Assembly: GCA_043811375.1 (NCBI GenBank)
Contig: JBDRNJ010000060.1
Coordinates: 1-53,987, forward strand
Direction: 5' to 3'
Source of the DNA: a bacterium
GTDB lineage: Bacteria > Zixibacteria > MSB-5A5 > GN15 > FEB-12
Length of the DNA stretch: 53,987 bases
Part shown: in pieces, positions 1 through 8,806 of the stretch
Layout: every line of letters starts with the position of its first letter
How positions within the stretch are numbered: the first letter of the stretch is position 1
Program-made: the position numbers and the translations under genes
Notes under the pieces: generated by a model
What the model was told of the DNA's origin: nothing
The model's database searches: none
What the model saw: only the letters and a program-made list of their open reading frames with translations

Positions 1-264
1 GCACGCCACTACCAACTCCATGCACTCGACATCAAGACATTCTTCTGTGACACCTACTCACCGTGGCAAAAAGGCGGTGTCGAAAACGCCATCGGCCGTA
101 TGCGCCGCACCCTTCCCAGAAAAACTGACCTGGCCACCCTCACCGACAATCGCTTCCTCGAACTCATCCAGGCATACAATAACACACCACGAAAATGTCT
201 GGACTTTCTAACACCAGCAGAGATATTTTGGAATAACATGTTGCACTTCAAATTTGAATCCACC
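1..264 (+). mobile_element. IS30-family element, right end (copy 1)
   Basis: Ends in TGTTGCACTTCAAATTTGAATCCACC, a typical IS30 right inverted repeat. Similarity to the copy at the other window end stops at about base 264/265. Confidence 0.88.
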
Positions 265-285
265 TTCCCGCCTGCACGGGAATGA
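1..285 (+). CDS. IS30-family transposase, C-terminal part (5'-truncated by the window edge)
   Basis: Frame 1 is open from base 1: ...TFFCDTYSPWQKGGVENAIGRMRRTLPRKTDL...YNNTPRKCLDFLTPAEIF. This matches the IS30 signature FCDPYSPWQRGxNEN..LRxxxPK..NNRPRKxLGxxTPxEVF. The stop TGA (283-285) lies outside the element, in a REP. Confidence 0.93.
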   Translation, partial: ARHYQLHALDIKTFFCDTYSPWQKGGVENAIGRMRRTLPRKTDLATLTDNRFLELIQAYNNTPRKCLDFLTPAEIFWNNMLHFKFESTFPPARE

Positions 286-287
286 CA
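265..287. repeat. GTCA-type REP-like palindrome abutting the IS30 end
   Basis: TTCCCGCCTGCACGGGAATGACA, the reverse complement of TGTCATTCCCGTGCAGGCGGGAA. Stem TTCCCG/CGGGAA. Confidence 0.8.
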
Positions 288-538
288 TAGGGGGGCGCGG
301 GGAACACGCAGGTGTGGATTGGAAAGACGGAAACAGCGGGATTATGCCTGCGCGGTAAGTCAATGTTACCCGGTGTCATTTCAATGTTCTCATCAACTCT
401 GTTGTCAGCCTGTGACAACCCTACTTAGGCGAATATAACGTGTAATCGACTATCTGTCAAGGGATTTTCAGGGCATTCAAAAACCCAGGGCAAGCCCTAG
501 GGCACCCGCCCACATCTTTCGTTGCTTAGTAAAACGAT

Positions 539-565
539 GTCGGAACCTCAGGGATTCCGTCCTAC
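539..565. repeat. GTAG-type REP-like palindrome
   Basis: GTCGGAACCTCAGGGATTCCGTCCTAC. A related copy, GTCGGAACCACAGGGGTTCCGACTTAC, lies at 16383-16409. Confidence 0.6.
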
Positions 566-595
566 TGACTGCTGTTTGAAGGTTAGACCAAACAG

Positions 596-1945
596 TTACA
601 AAATATAGCGGCTGAGGTCTTCATCGGCGACTATCGCCGAGAGGTTCTTGTCGACCGCTTTGGCCGTAATTGTAATTTTTTTTCTGTCTGACGGCGGTTC
701 AAAGAGCAGGTCTTCCAACAACGTAGTCATAACCGTGTGCAGTCGACGAGCACCGATGTTCTCGGCCTCGTTGTTGACCCGTTCAGCGTAGCCGGCTATT
801 TTTTTAACCGCTGCCGGGGCAAACTCCAGTTGCAATCCCTCCGTCCTCAGGAGCGCCTGGTACTGTTTGATCAGCGCCGATTTCGGTTCGGTGAGAATTC
901 TCCGGAAGTCCTCGGCTGTCAGTGAATCAAGTTCCACCCGAATGGGGAAGCGGCCCTGTAACTCGGGCACCAGGTCGGACGGTTTGGACCCGTGGAAGGC
1001 ACCGGCCGCTATGAACAGAACGTGATCGGTGCGGATCATGCCGTACTTGGTCGAGACAGTGCAACCTTCGACAATGGGCAGGATGTCGCGCTGGACTCCT
1101 TCGCGGCTGATATCGGGACCGGTTTTGCCCTCACCGCCGACAATCTTGTCGATTTCATCAACGAAAATAATACCGAATTCCTGTGCGCGTTCCAGCGCCT
1201 CACTCACGACGGCATCCATATTGATCAGTTTGTTCAATTCCTCATTGATGAGAAAACGGCGCGCCTCCTTCAGCGGCAGCCGGCGTCGTTTACTTTTTTT
1301 CGGCATCAGGCCGGAGAACATTTCCTGGAAATTTATCCCCAGTTCCTCCATGCCCGCAGGAGAGAAGATTTCGATCACGGGAAACTGGGTCTGGGGGGTT
1401 TCCAACTCTACTTCACGGTCATCGAACTTTCCTGCCAGCAGGCGTTGGCGTAATTTCTCTCGGGTGCGGGCTACGGAGTCGCTGGAGGTTACCTCGACGC
1501 TCGCGTCGGCAGTTTTCTTGCGAGGTGGAACCAACAGCAGATCCAGCAGTCGTTCGACCGTGTTTTCTTCAGCCTGGGGCTGCACCTGCCGGGACTTCTC
1601 CGTCTTGACCATGTTAACGGAGACGTCCACCAGGTCGCGAGCCATCGACTCGACATCGCGCCCCACATAGCCGACTTCGGTGAATTTGGAAGCTTCCACC
1701 TTGACAAAGGGCGCCCGGGCCAGGTCGGCCAGTCGGCGGGCGATCTCGGTCTTGCCCACTCCGGTGGGGCCGATCATAATAATGTTGTTGGGCATAATTT
1801 CCTGACGCAAATCGTCCGGTACCTGGCGGCGGCGCCAGCGATTGCGCAGGGCAATTGCTACTGACCGCTTGGCGTTGTCCTGGCCAATGATGTACTTGTC
1901 CAGGTGCGTCACAATCTCTCTGGGAGTGTGGTAGTCGTTATTCAT
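596..1945 (-). CDS. hslU: ATP-dependent protease ATPase subunit HslU
   Basis: TPREIV..LD.YIIGQ..AKR start, Walker [32 protein letters not shown], and C-terminal DLSRYIL. Confidence 0.98.
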   Translation of the reverse strand: MNNDYHTPREIVTHLDKYIIGQDNAKRSVAIALRNRWRRRQVPDDLRQEIMPNNIIMIGPTGVGKTEIARRLADLARAPFVKVEASKFTEVGYVGRDVESMARDLVDVSVNMVKTEKSRQVQPQAEENTVERLLDLLLVPPRKKTADASVEVTSSDSVARTREKLRQRLLAGKFDDREVELETPQTQFPVIEIFSPAGMEELGINFQEMFSGLMPKKSKRRRLPLKEARRFLINEELNKLINMDAVVSEALERAQEFGIIFVDEIDKIVGGEGKTGPDISREGVQRDILPIVEGCTVSTKYGMIRTDHVLFIAAGAFHGSKPSDLVPELQGRFPIRVELDSLTAEDFRRILTEPKSALIKQYQALLRTEGLQLEFAPAAVKKIAGYAERVNNEAENIGARRLHTVMTTLLEDLLFEPPSDRKKITITAKAVDKNLSAIVADEDLSRYIL

Positions 1946-2478
1946 TTGAGGGTTTCTATCGTGATGTTATTGTTGGTGTAAACACAGATATCGGCAGCAA
2001 TTCCCAACGCCTGGCGGGCGATTTTCTCAGCCGACAACTTGGGATTGGCCAGAATCAAGCCACGGGCCGCCGCCAGCGCGTACGACCCGCCGGAACCGAT
2101 AGCAATGATCCCGTCATCCGGCTCAATGACGTCACCGGTGCCGCTTACCAGGAAAATATGCTTTTTGTCCGTAACGGCGATCACCGCCTCCAGTTTCTGC
2201 AGTGTCTTGTCGGTGCGCCATTCTTTGGCCAGATCCACCGCCGCTCGGGGGAGGTTTCCGGACTGCTCATCGATCTTTTTTTCCAGCAACTCAAACAATG
2301 CCAGCGCATCGGCGGCGGTGCCGGCGAATCCAGCCAGAATAGTGCCCTCGCGCATGGTTCTGATTTTGGACGACTTCGCTTTCAGAATCGTATCATCCAG
2401 GGTTATCTGGCCGTCTCCGGCCATAGCCGCCCGTCCCCGATGAATAAGTCCCAATATGGTAGTGGCCCGTACGTGCAT
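1942..2478 (-). CDS. hslV: ATP-dependent protease peptidase subunit HslV
   Basis: Short propeptide then catalytic [32 protein letters not shown]. Overlaps the hslU start. Confidence 0.98.
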   Translation of the reverse strand: MHVRATTILGLIHRGRAAMAGDGQITLDDTILKAKSSKIRTMREGTILAGFAGTAADALALFELLEKKIDEQSGNLPRAAVDLAKEWRTDKTLQKLEAVIAVTDKKHIFLVSGTGDVIEPDDGIIAIGSGGSYALAAARGLILANPKLSAEKIARQALGIAADICVYTNNNITIETLK

Positions 2479-2488
2479 AATTATCCCT

Positions 2489-3421
2489 TCACCGCTTGGC
2501 GCCTGACCGCGGGTGTGCCGTCCGGTAGGCGTCCTTTAATATTTCGGCGGTCACGTGAGTATATTTCTGTGTAGTTGTCAATGAGGCATGTCCCAGGATT
2601 TCCTTTATCAACATGATATCCGCTCCGTTCTCCAGCAGATGGGTGGCAAAAGAATGCCGCAGCATATGCGGAGTAAGGTCGAGTCCCTCGCGGCGCCCGT
2701 ACTTTTTCACCAGGCGATCGATGGACCGCACGCTCAGCGGTCCTCCCCGACGATTGAGCAGTAGCGAAGATGGGGCGCTTTTGTCGCCGGCAGGTATTTC
2801 CTTTTGCCGGACAAATTTCTGTCGGACCTCCAGGTATTTGCCCAGGTCCGCCAGTGTCTTCTCGCCGACGGGCACAATCCGTATCCGGTTGCCTTTGCCG
2901 GTAACGGTAATCATCCCGGCCGGCAGATCGAGATCGGCCAGCGTAATGCCGGCCAGTTCCTGGCGGCGGATACCGGTGGCATACAACAGAGCAATCATGA
3001 TGAAGTCACGCCAGTAGAAGTAGCCGCTTTTGTCGTCGCGGGCGTTACCATGCTCGAAGAGTCGGGCCGCTTCCGCCTGGGGCACAAAGCGTGGCAGACT
3101 TTTTTCAAATTTCATCCGGGGCAGCTTGAACAGATGCTGTTTCCCGTCCGGTTGTTGGCTGAGGTAGCGCTGGAATCCCGACAGAGCCGACAAGAACCGC
3201 GCCAGTGTACGATTGGATACACCCTGATCAAGGCGCGACCGCAGGTACAGGCGCAGCAGAAGCGGGTCGTTTTTTGGCGCCGAGGGCAACGCCGCGTGCT
3301 TCTCCACAAGAAACGTTACCCACGGGGTCAGGTCGCGGCGATAGCTCTCGATAGTCCCGGGTGCGTGCCGTCCTTCTGCGATCAGGGACTTAAAGTAATC
3401 CGTCAGCGCCTTTTGTAACAT
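2489..3421 (-). CDS. xerC: Tyrosine recombinase XerC
   Basis: LLYATGIRRQEL, GKGNRIRIVP, HMLRHSFATHLLENGAD, LGHASLTTTQKYTHV. Conserved xerC-hslV-hslU order. ATG at 3421 chosen as start. Confidence 0.88.
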   Translation of the reverse strand: MLQKALTDYFKSLIAEGRHAPGTIESYRRDLTPWVTFLVEKHAALPSAPKNDPLLLRLYLRSRLDQGVSNRTLARFLSALSGFQRYLSQQPDGKQHLFKLPRMKFEKSLPRFVPQAEAARLFEHGNARDDKSGYFYWRDFIMIALLYATGIRRQELAGITLADLDLPAGMITVTGKGNRIRIVPVGEKTLADLGKYLEVRQKFVRQKEIPAGDKSAPSSLLLNRRGGPLSVRSIDRLVKKYGRREGLDLTPHMLRHSFATHLLENGADIMLIKEILGHASLTTTQKYTHVTAEILKDAYRTAHPRSGAKR

Positions 3422-3528
3422 GCAGGCAGTATACGAAAAAGCCAACCCGGAGCAAACAGTTTGAATCCTGCCGGTCTGGTCTCACTATCACCTTGCATAC
3501 GGCATAGCTGTGCAGTACTATTGCTTTC

Positions 3529-4581
3529 ATGAGGTTGGGTATTATAGGCAAACCACAGTCGGGCAAAACGACCGTTTTTAATGCTGCCTGCGGCCGACAG
3601 GAAGCGGTCGGCGACTACAGTAAGGCTGCCCACCGCGCCGTTATCAAGGTGCCCGATGAACGGCTTATGAAGCTGGCGGCTCTTGTCAAACCGCCCATGA
3701 TTACCCAGGCCGAAATAGAGTTTCTCGATTTACCCGGTCTGTCCGGTCAGGGTAAGCAATCGACCACTTTTGATATCAGCCCGGAACTGGAGAAAACCGA
3801 CGCCCTGATAGCGGTTATCGACGCTTTTTCAGAGGAGGCCCGGCCGTCGCGCGATATTCAGGACGTTACGGATGAATTGATTCTGGCCGATCAGGCAGTG
3901 CTGGAAAGCAGCATCGACAAGAAAAACAAAAACCTGAAGTTGACCGGTGACAAGTCACTGGTTCGGGACCTGGCCCTGCTTGAGAAACTGCTCGAAGCGA
4001 TACAACAGGAAAAACCGCTGATAGAACTGGACCTGCCACCCGATGAAGCCAGGCTGGCCAGAGGTTATACGCTCCTGACCCGCAAGCCGCTGCTGGTGGT
4101 ACTCAATATCGCCGAAAAGGACCTGGCAACAACGGCGGCGATCTACCGGGAATTCCAGCATTTGGCGACGTCGGGCAAACGTGAACTGGCGGTTGTGTGC
4201 GGCAGTATTGAGATGGAACTGGCCGATCTGGAGGAGGACGAGCGCCGGGCGTTTCTTGACGAACTGTCAATCACCTCCCCGGCCGTCGAAAAGGTGATAC
4301 AGAAATCGTACGACCTGCTGGGCCTGATCTCCTTCTTCACGGCGGGGGGACCGGAACTCAGGGCCTGGCCGCTTAAGAAGGGAACGGTGGCCAGAAAGGC
4401 GGCGGGAGTGATCCACAGTGATATGGAACGCGGCTTCATTCGGGCTGAGACAATAGCCTACGAGGACTACCTGGAGTACAAAACTCCGGCAGCACTGAAA
4501 GCCGCCGGTAAAACGCGCCTGGAGGGAAAGGATTACGTGATACGGGACGGCGATGTGATTCTGTTCCGGTTTAACGTATAA
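3529..4581 (+). CDS. ychF: YchF-like Obg-family ATPase with C-terminal TGS (DUF933) domain
   Basis: GKPQSGKT, VPDERL, DLPGL, NIAE, LISFFTAG..ELRAW, AAGVIHSDMERGFIRAE, RLEGKDYVIRDGDVILFRFNV. Confidence 0.88.
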   Translation: MRLGIIGKPQSGKTTVFNAACGRQEAVGDYSKAAHRAVIKVPDERLMKLAALVKPPMITQAEIEFLDLPGLSGQGKQSTTFDISPELEKTDALIAVIDAFSEEARPSRDIQDVTDELILADQAVLESSIDKKNKNLKLTGDKSLVRDLALLEKLLEAIQQEKPLIELDLPPDEARLARGYTLLTRKPLLVVLNIAEKDLATTAAIYREFQHLATSGKRELAVVCGSIEMELADLEEDERRAFLDELSITSPAVEKVIQKSYDLLGLISFFTAGGPELRAWPLKKGTVARKAAGVIHSDMERGFIRAETIAYEDYLEYKTPAALKAAGKTRLEGKDYVIRDGDVILFRFNV

Positions 4582-4697
4582 CGGCCGACAGAAACCGTGA
4601 ACCCAAACATGCCGTCGGCGGTTCAATGAATGACAGGCTCTGCCGATACAAGCGATGAGCGTGATATTCGCATTGTTCTGATCAAGTTGAGGTAAAT

Positions 4698-7091
4698 GTG
4701 GTTGAAGTATTGGACAATACCAAGCAATCGGAGACAACAGCCATCCAGGTTTTGCCGATTCTGCCCCTGAAGGGTACGATGGTTTTCCCATACCTGGTGG
4801 TGCCGCTGATGATTCAGGACCAGGAGCAGACTCGCCTGGTGGATGACGCCCTCATGCGCGGTTCGCGTATCGGACTTTTTCTGCAGAAAGATCCACGGTT
4901 GAGCAACCCCTCCCCGGACGACCTGCATCATGTCGGCTGCTCCGGCAACATCCTCAAGATGCTGCGTTTCCCGGACGGCACCGTGCGGTTCCTGATCCAG
5001 GGGCTGGCCCGTATCCATATCCGGCGATTTGTGTCCGACTCCCCGGCCATGATGGCTGAGGTGGAGGAAATCACTGAAGTCGTCAGTGATACGGTTCGCA
5101 TGGAAGCCCTCCAGCGCAACGTGCTGGAGCAAGTCAAAACGTTGGCTGAGCTGGCTCCATACCTCAGTGAAGAGTTCTATGTATCGGCCATCAACCAGGA
5201 CACACCCTCCAAACTGTCTGATTTTATCGCTTCCAGCATCAACATCTCTATCGAGGAGAAACAGCAAATGCTGGAGCAGCGCAACGTTTTGAAGAGGATG
5301 AACAAGCTGTACCTCGCCCTGAACAAGGAGATTGAGGTTCTGCAGCTATCGCAGATGATTCAGGCACAGGCAGCCACGGAACTGGGGAAATCACAGCGGG
5401 ATTATATTCTCCGCGAACAGATGAAAGCGATCAAGAAGGAGTTGGGCGACGGTGACGAGACATCCGAGATTGAGGAATTCGCCAAAAAAATCGAACAGGC
5501 CGAACTACCCGAGCACGCCGAGCAGGTGGCTCGCAAGGAACTTGACCGCCTGTCGCACATGAATCCTTCCGCCGCCGAGTATACTGTTTCCCGAACTTAC
5601 CTGGACTGGCTGGTCTCCCTTCCCTGGAACAAGTCGACCACCGATAAGCTGGACCTGAGACAAGCCAAGAAGATTCTGGATGAGGATCATTACAACCTCA
5701 ACAAAGTCAAGGACCGCATCCTGGAGCACCTGGCGGTGCGCAAGCTGAAATCAGACGTCAAGGGCCCCATCCTCTGTTTTGTCGGTCCGCCCGGGGTGGG
5801 CAAGACTTCGCTGGGTAAATCAATCGCGCGGGCTATGGGGCGGCAGTTCGCACGAGTTTCGCTGGGCGGTATACGCGACGAAGCCGAGATCAGAGGACAT
5901 CGCCGTACCTACATCGGCTCCATGCCGGGGCGGGTGATTCAGTCGGTCAAGCGCTGTGGCTCCAACAATCCGGTGATCATGCTCGACGAGGTAGACAAGC
6001 TGGGCGCCGACTTCCGAGGTGATCCTTCATCGGCGCTGCTGGAAGTGCTCGACCCGGAGCAGAACAACGCCTTTTCCGACCACTATCTTGAAATAGCGTT
6101 TGATCTGTCGCGGGTGATGTTCATCACCACCGCCAACTGGCTGGAACCGATTCCGCACGTATTGCGTGATCGGATGGAAGTAATCAACCTTCCCGGTTAC
6201 ACCGACATAGAGAAGTGTAAGATCGCCGAGCGCCATTTGATACCCAAGCAACTGGACAATCACGGGCTTTCGCATGATAATCTGAGGTTCAAGACAGCCG
6301 CCATTCAGACTATTATCGACAGCTATACCCGCGAGGCCGGTTTGCGCAACCTGGAGCGCGAAATCGCAGCGGTAGCGCGCAAAGCCGCCCGCAAGGTAGC
6401 CTCGGGATCAAAAAAGAAATTAGTTGTCGGCGCGACCGAGATCGCGCGACTGCTGGGGCCGAAAAAATTCACCCGCGAAGCTCTCTCACGCCAGGGACAG
6501 GTGGGGGTCGTTCCCGGTCTGGCCTATACTGCGGCCGGTGGCGAGTTACTGTTTGTTGAGGCTACTTCGATGCCGGGCAAAGAAGAGCTGACCCTGACCG
6601 GACACCTGGGTGACATCATGAAGGAATCGGCTCAGGCGGCTCTGTCGTTTCTGCGCTCCAACGGCCCCGATCTTCACATAGCAGCCGAGCAGTTTAAAGA
6701 TCATGAGATTCATATACATGTTCCGTCCGGAGCAATTCCGAAAGACGGACCTTCGGCCGGGATCACCATGGTGGTGGCGTTAGCTTCCCTGCTGAGCGGC
6801 CAACCGGTCAAACCTTTTCTGGCCATGACCGGAGAGATCACTCTCAGGGGACAGATACTGCCTATCGGCGGACTGAAGGAAAAACTACTGGCCGCATATC
6901 GGGCCGGTATCAGAACGGTTATTCTGCCGCAGGACAATCGCAAAGACACGCGCGAACTGCCACCGGAGATCAGAAAAGGCCTGAAGCTGAAGTTCTTTAG
7001 CCAGACGCTGGCAGCGGTGAAGTATGCCCTGGAGAGTGCTCCCCGAAAGGAATCCGAGCGGCCACGCCGGAAAAAGAAAAGGACGACATGA
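4698..7091 (+). CDS. lon: Lon protease (endopeptidase La)
   Basis: N-terminal LON domain, GPPGVGKT, IRGHRRTYIG, and the S16 catalytic motifs PKDGPSAG and GGLKEK. Confidence 0.98.
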   Translation: MVEVLDNTKQSETTAIQVLPILPLKGTMVFPYLVVPLMIQDQEQTRLVDDALMRGSRIGLFLQKDPRLSNPSPDDLHHVGCSGNILKMLRFPDGTVRFLIQGLARIHIRRFVSDSPAMMAEVEEITEVVSDTVRMEALQRNVLEQVKTLAELAPYLSEEFYVSAINQDTPSKLSDFIASSINISIEEKQQMLEQRNVLKRMNKLYLALNKEIEVLQLSQMIQAQAATELGKSQRDYILREQMKAIKKELGDGDETSEIEEFAKKIEQAELPEHAEQVARKELDRLSHMNPSAAEYTVSRTYLDWLVSLPWNKSTTDKLDLRQAKKILDEDHYNLNKVKDRILEHLAVRKLKSDVKGPILCFVGPPGVGKTSLGKSIARAMGRQFARVSLGGIRDEAEIRGHRRTYIGSMPGRVIQSVKRCGSNNPVIMLDEVDKLGADFRGDPSSALLEVLDPEQNNAFSDHYLEIAFDLSRVMFITTANWLEPIPHVLRDRMEVINLPGYTDIEKCKIAERHLIPKQLDNHGLSHDNLRFKTAAIQTIIDSYTREAGLRNLEREIAAVARKAARKVASGSKKKLVVGATEIARLLGPKKFTREALSRQGQVGVVPGLAYTAAGGELLFVEATSMPGKEELTLTGHLGDIMKESAQAALSFLRSNGPDLHIAAEQFKDHEIHIHVPSGAIPKDGPSAGITMVVALASLLSGQPVKPFLAMTGEITLRGQILPIGGLKEKLLAAYRAGIRTVILPQDNRKDTRELPPEIRKGLKLKFFSQTLAAVKYALESAPRKESERPRRKKKRTT

Positions 7092-8668
7092 CGAAACCCG
7101 GTCCCCAACGTCTGAAGCTGGTCACGTCCGGGCAAATGCGCGATATCGACAGCGCTACCATCGAAGGCGGGATAGTCCCCGGCCCGGAGTTGATGGAAAA
7201 CGCCGGACGGGGGATTGCCGAGAATATCCTGCACAATATACTCAGCAGTTCGCCGTCGGAAAAAGTGGCTGTCTTTTGCGGCAAGGGTAACAACGGCGGT
7301 GATGGTCTGGTTATTGCCCGGCACCTGTACCAGGCTGAAGTTGAAGTCACCGTCTATTTCCTGGGACCGGTGGACAAACTGTCAACCGACGCCCGCCTCA
7401 ATTTCGATCGCGCCGCCGGTGTCGGCCTTAACCTGGTGGAATTAACGTCGCCTGACATCCTGCCGGATCAACTGGAGTGCGAGTACATTATCGACGCCCT
7501 GTTCGGTACCGGTTTTACTGGTGCTCCCCGTGGTTTAGTGGCTGAGATCATAAAGTACATCAACCACAGCCGCGATGCGGGGAAGATAGTCGTAGCGGTG
7601 GATATGCCGTCGGGACTAAACGCCGACACGGGACAGCATGAAGGTGAGGTGGTCAATGCCGATTACACTTTCCCGCTGGCCTTACCGAAATACGGTCTGT
7701 ACGTCTCACCCGGACGGGAACTGACCGGACAGGTAACAGTTATTCCGATAGGCATTCCTGACGACGTGATTGACAAGTTTGATCTGCCGGTCGAGCTGAT
7801 CACGCCGGAGCTGGTTAACGCCCGACTACCCCATCGCAAACCCGACGGACACAAGGGAGATTTCGGTAAACTGCTGGTGCTGGCCGGTTCGACCGGCCTG
7901 ACCGGTGCGGCGGCTATGACCGCCAAGAGTGCGTTGCGTTGCGGATGCGGGTTAGTCAAAGTCGCCTGTCCGCAAACGGTGTTGCCTACTATCGCTTCGC
8001 TGGCCATGGAAGCTACCTTGTGGCCGCTGCCGGATGTCGCCGGGAAGGGCGCGCCGGCATTGCGCGGTCTGGGTGAGATTCGTAAGCTGGCTGCCGAGCA
8101 TGACGTAGTCATCGTTGGACCCGGTCTGGGACAACACCACGAAACACAGGAACTGGTGCGCCGCTTTCTGTTAAAACTGGACCGACCGGTAATCGTCGAC
8201 GCCGACGGCCTCAATGCTCTCGCCGGTCACACTGATCTGCTGAGGGAGATGAAAGTACAGCCGGTACTGACACCGCATCCGGGCGAGTTTCGCAGACTGA
8301 CCGGCCGGATGGTGCCGCCGGAATCAGAGATACACGAACGCATCAAGGTTGCCATTGGTGCCGCCCGTGACCTCCACTGCGTTATGGTGCTCAAGGGCAG
8401 CCCCACATTGGTAGCTGAACCCAACGGCACCTGCTATCTCAACCCGACCGGTAACAGCGGTATGGCTACCGGCGGTTCGGGTGACGTTCTGTCGGGAGCT
8501 ATCGGGTCGTTTATGGCGCAGGGGATGTCAGGGCTTGACGCGGCCGTGGGTGGTGTCTATGTACACGGTCTGGCCGGTGATTTCGCCGCCGCAGACCTGT
8601 CCCAGCGCTGCCTGATCGCGGGCGATTTGATCGACTATCTGCCCGGTGCCTTTGCGCTGTTGGATTAA
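7088..8668 (+). CDS. nnr: Bifunctional NAD(P)H-hydrate epimerase/dehydratase
   Basis: LMENAG, GKGNNGGDG, DALFGTG, VDMPSG, HKGDFG, DADGLN, TPHPGEF, MATGGSGDVLSG. ATGA overlap with lon. Confidence 0.96.
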   Translation: MTKPGPQRLKLVTSGQMRDIDSATIEGGIVPGPELMENAGRGIAENILHNILSSSPSEKVAVFCGKGNNGGDGLVIARHLYQAEVEVTVYFLGPVDKLSTDARLNFDRAAGVGLNLVELTSPDILPDQLECEYIIDALFGTGFTGAPRGLVAEIIKYINHSRDAGKIVVAVDMPSGLNADTGQHEGEVVNADYTFPLALPKYGLYVSPGRELTGQVTVIPIGIPDDVIDKFDLPVELITPELVNARLPHRKPDGHKGDFGKLLVLAGSTGLTGAAAMTAKSALRCGCGLVKVACPQTVLPTIASLAMEATLWPLPDVAGKGAPALRGLGEIRKLAAEHDVVIVGPGLGQHHETQELVRRFLLKLDRPVIVDADGLNALAGHTDLLREMKVQPVLTPHPGEFRRLTGRMVPPESEIHERIKVAIGAARDLHCVMVLKGSPTLVAEPNGTCYLNPTGNSGMATGGSGDVLSGAIGSFMAQGMSGLDAAVGGVYVHGLAGDFAAADLSQRCLIAGDLIDYLPGAFALLD

Positions 8669-8691
8669 ATCCATAACAAATTGTCTCATCT

Positions 8692-8806
8692 ACCTGCCCT
8701 ACTGCTGCTCAACCCAGCTGCCGTAGGGAAGGTCTCGAAGAGACCTGCCCATGAACATATTATTTACAATATTAGCGGTGGCAGGTCCGTACCGGACCTG
8801 CCCTAC
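8692..8806. repeat. Inverted pair of GTAG-type REP palindromes (REPIN-like) plus a partial third copy
   Basis: GTAGGGAAGGTCTCGAAGAGACCTGCCC (8723-8750) faces GGCAGGTCCGTACCGGACCTGCCCTAC (8780-8806). ACCTGCCCTACTGCTG also occurs at ~8692. Confidence 0.7.

Noticed and set aside
2489..3421. Tyrosine recombinase as a prophage or island integrase
   Set aside because: XerC-type motifs and the conserved xerC-hslV-hslU context; no phage genes or att sites nearby.
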